Assembly (NCBI GenBank): GCA_964016885.1
Contig: OZ024766.1
Coordinates: 18,166,001-18,230,000 of the forward strand
DNA length: 64,000 nt
Direction of reading: 5' to 3'
DNA from: Eledone cirrhosa
Lineage: Eukaryota
Positions 63,801-64,000 of the stretch are shown one piece after another (within the stretch, counting starts at the first letter, position 1; each line of letters opens with the position of its first letter). The notes under the pieces were generated by a model. The model did no database searches and was not told where the DNA came from. It saw only the letters and a program-made list of their open reading frames with translations. Position numbers and translations under genes: made by a program.

Positions 63801-64000
63801 GCGACGCAAAAAAAAACCAGATGACAGGGTGGAGAGGGAGGGGAGGGGGTCCCTGTTGATTTCTCCTGGGGTCACGGCAGGAAACTACGACAACCAAGGA
63901 GTCAAATAATTTGTAGTGATGGGGATGGGGGTGGGGTGGGGATGGGGTGAGGTGGGCAACGGGATAATGTGGGGATGGAGAGAGAGAGAGAGAGAGGGGA

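Overview
Repeat-saturated eukaryotic genomic DNA. The tRNA-derived SINE families and dense (TA)n/(CA)n tracts suggest an octopod cephalopod (inference). Almost all long ORFs in the track are translations of satellites. Three genes can be reconstructed by hand. (1) A minus-strand RSPH14/RTDR1-like armadillo radial-spoke gene has 7 phase-consistent coding exons from 29569 down to 1186 and continues off the left edge; it carries an unusual ~830-aa repetitive N-terminal extension. (2) A divergent plus-strand gene has 6 complete coding exons at 38181-47337 and a 7th running into the N gap; it contains a motif resembling the meiotic crossover factor PRR19. (3) An intronless GC-rich THEG-repeat gene lies at 58482-60050 on the minus strand. 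Introns are filled with mini/microsatellites, SINEs, LINE 3' fragments and a deleted DD37D Tc1/mariner element. Two observations stand out. Several unrelated short non-coding, often fold-back elements lodged in (TA)n tracts carry type-I minimal hammerhead-ribozyme cores (Penelope/retrozyme-like), and one at 794-836 (-) looks intact. In addition, tandem arrays copy real exon junctions, creating ladders of 6-17 identical splice sites next to genuine exons.
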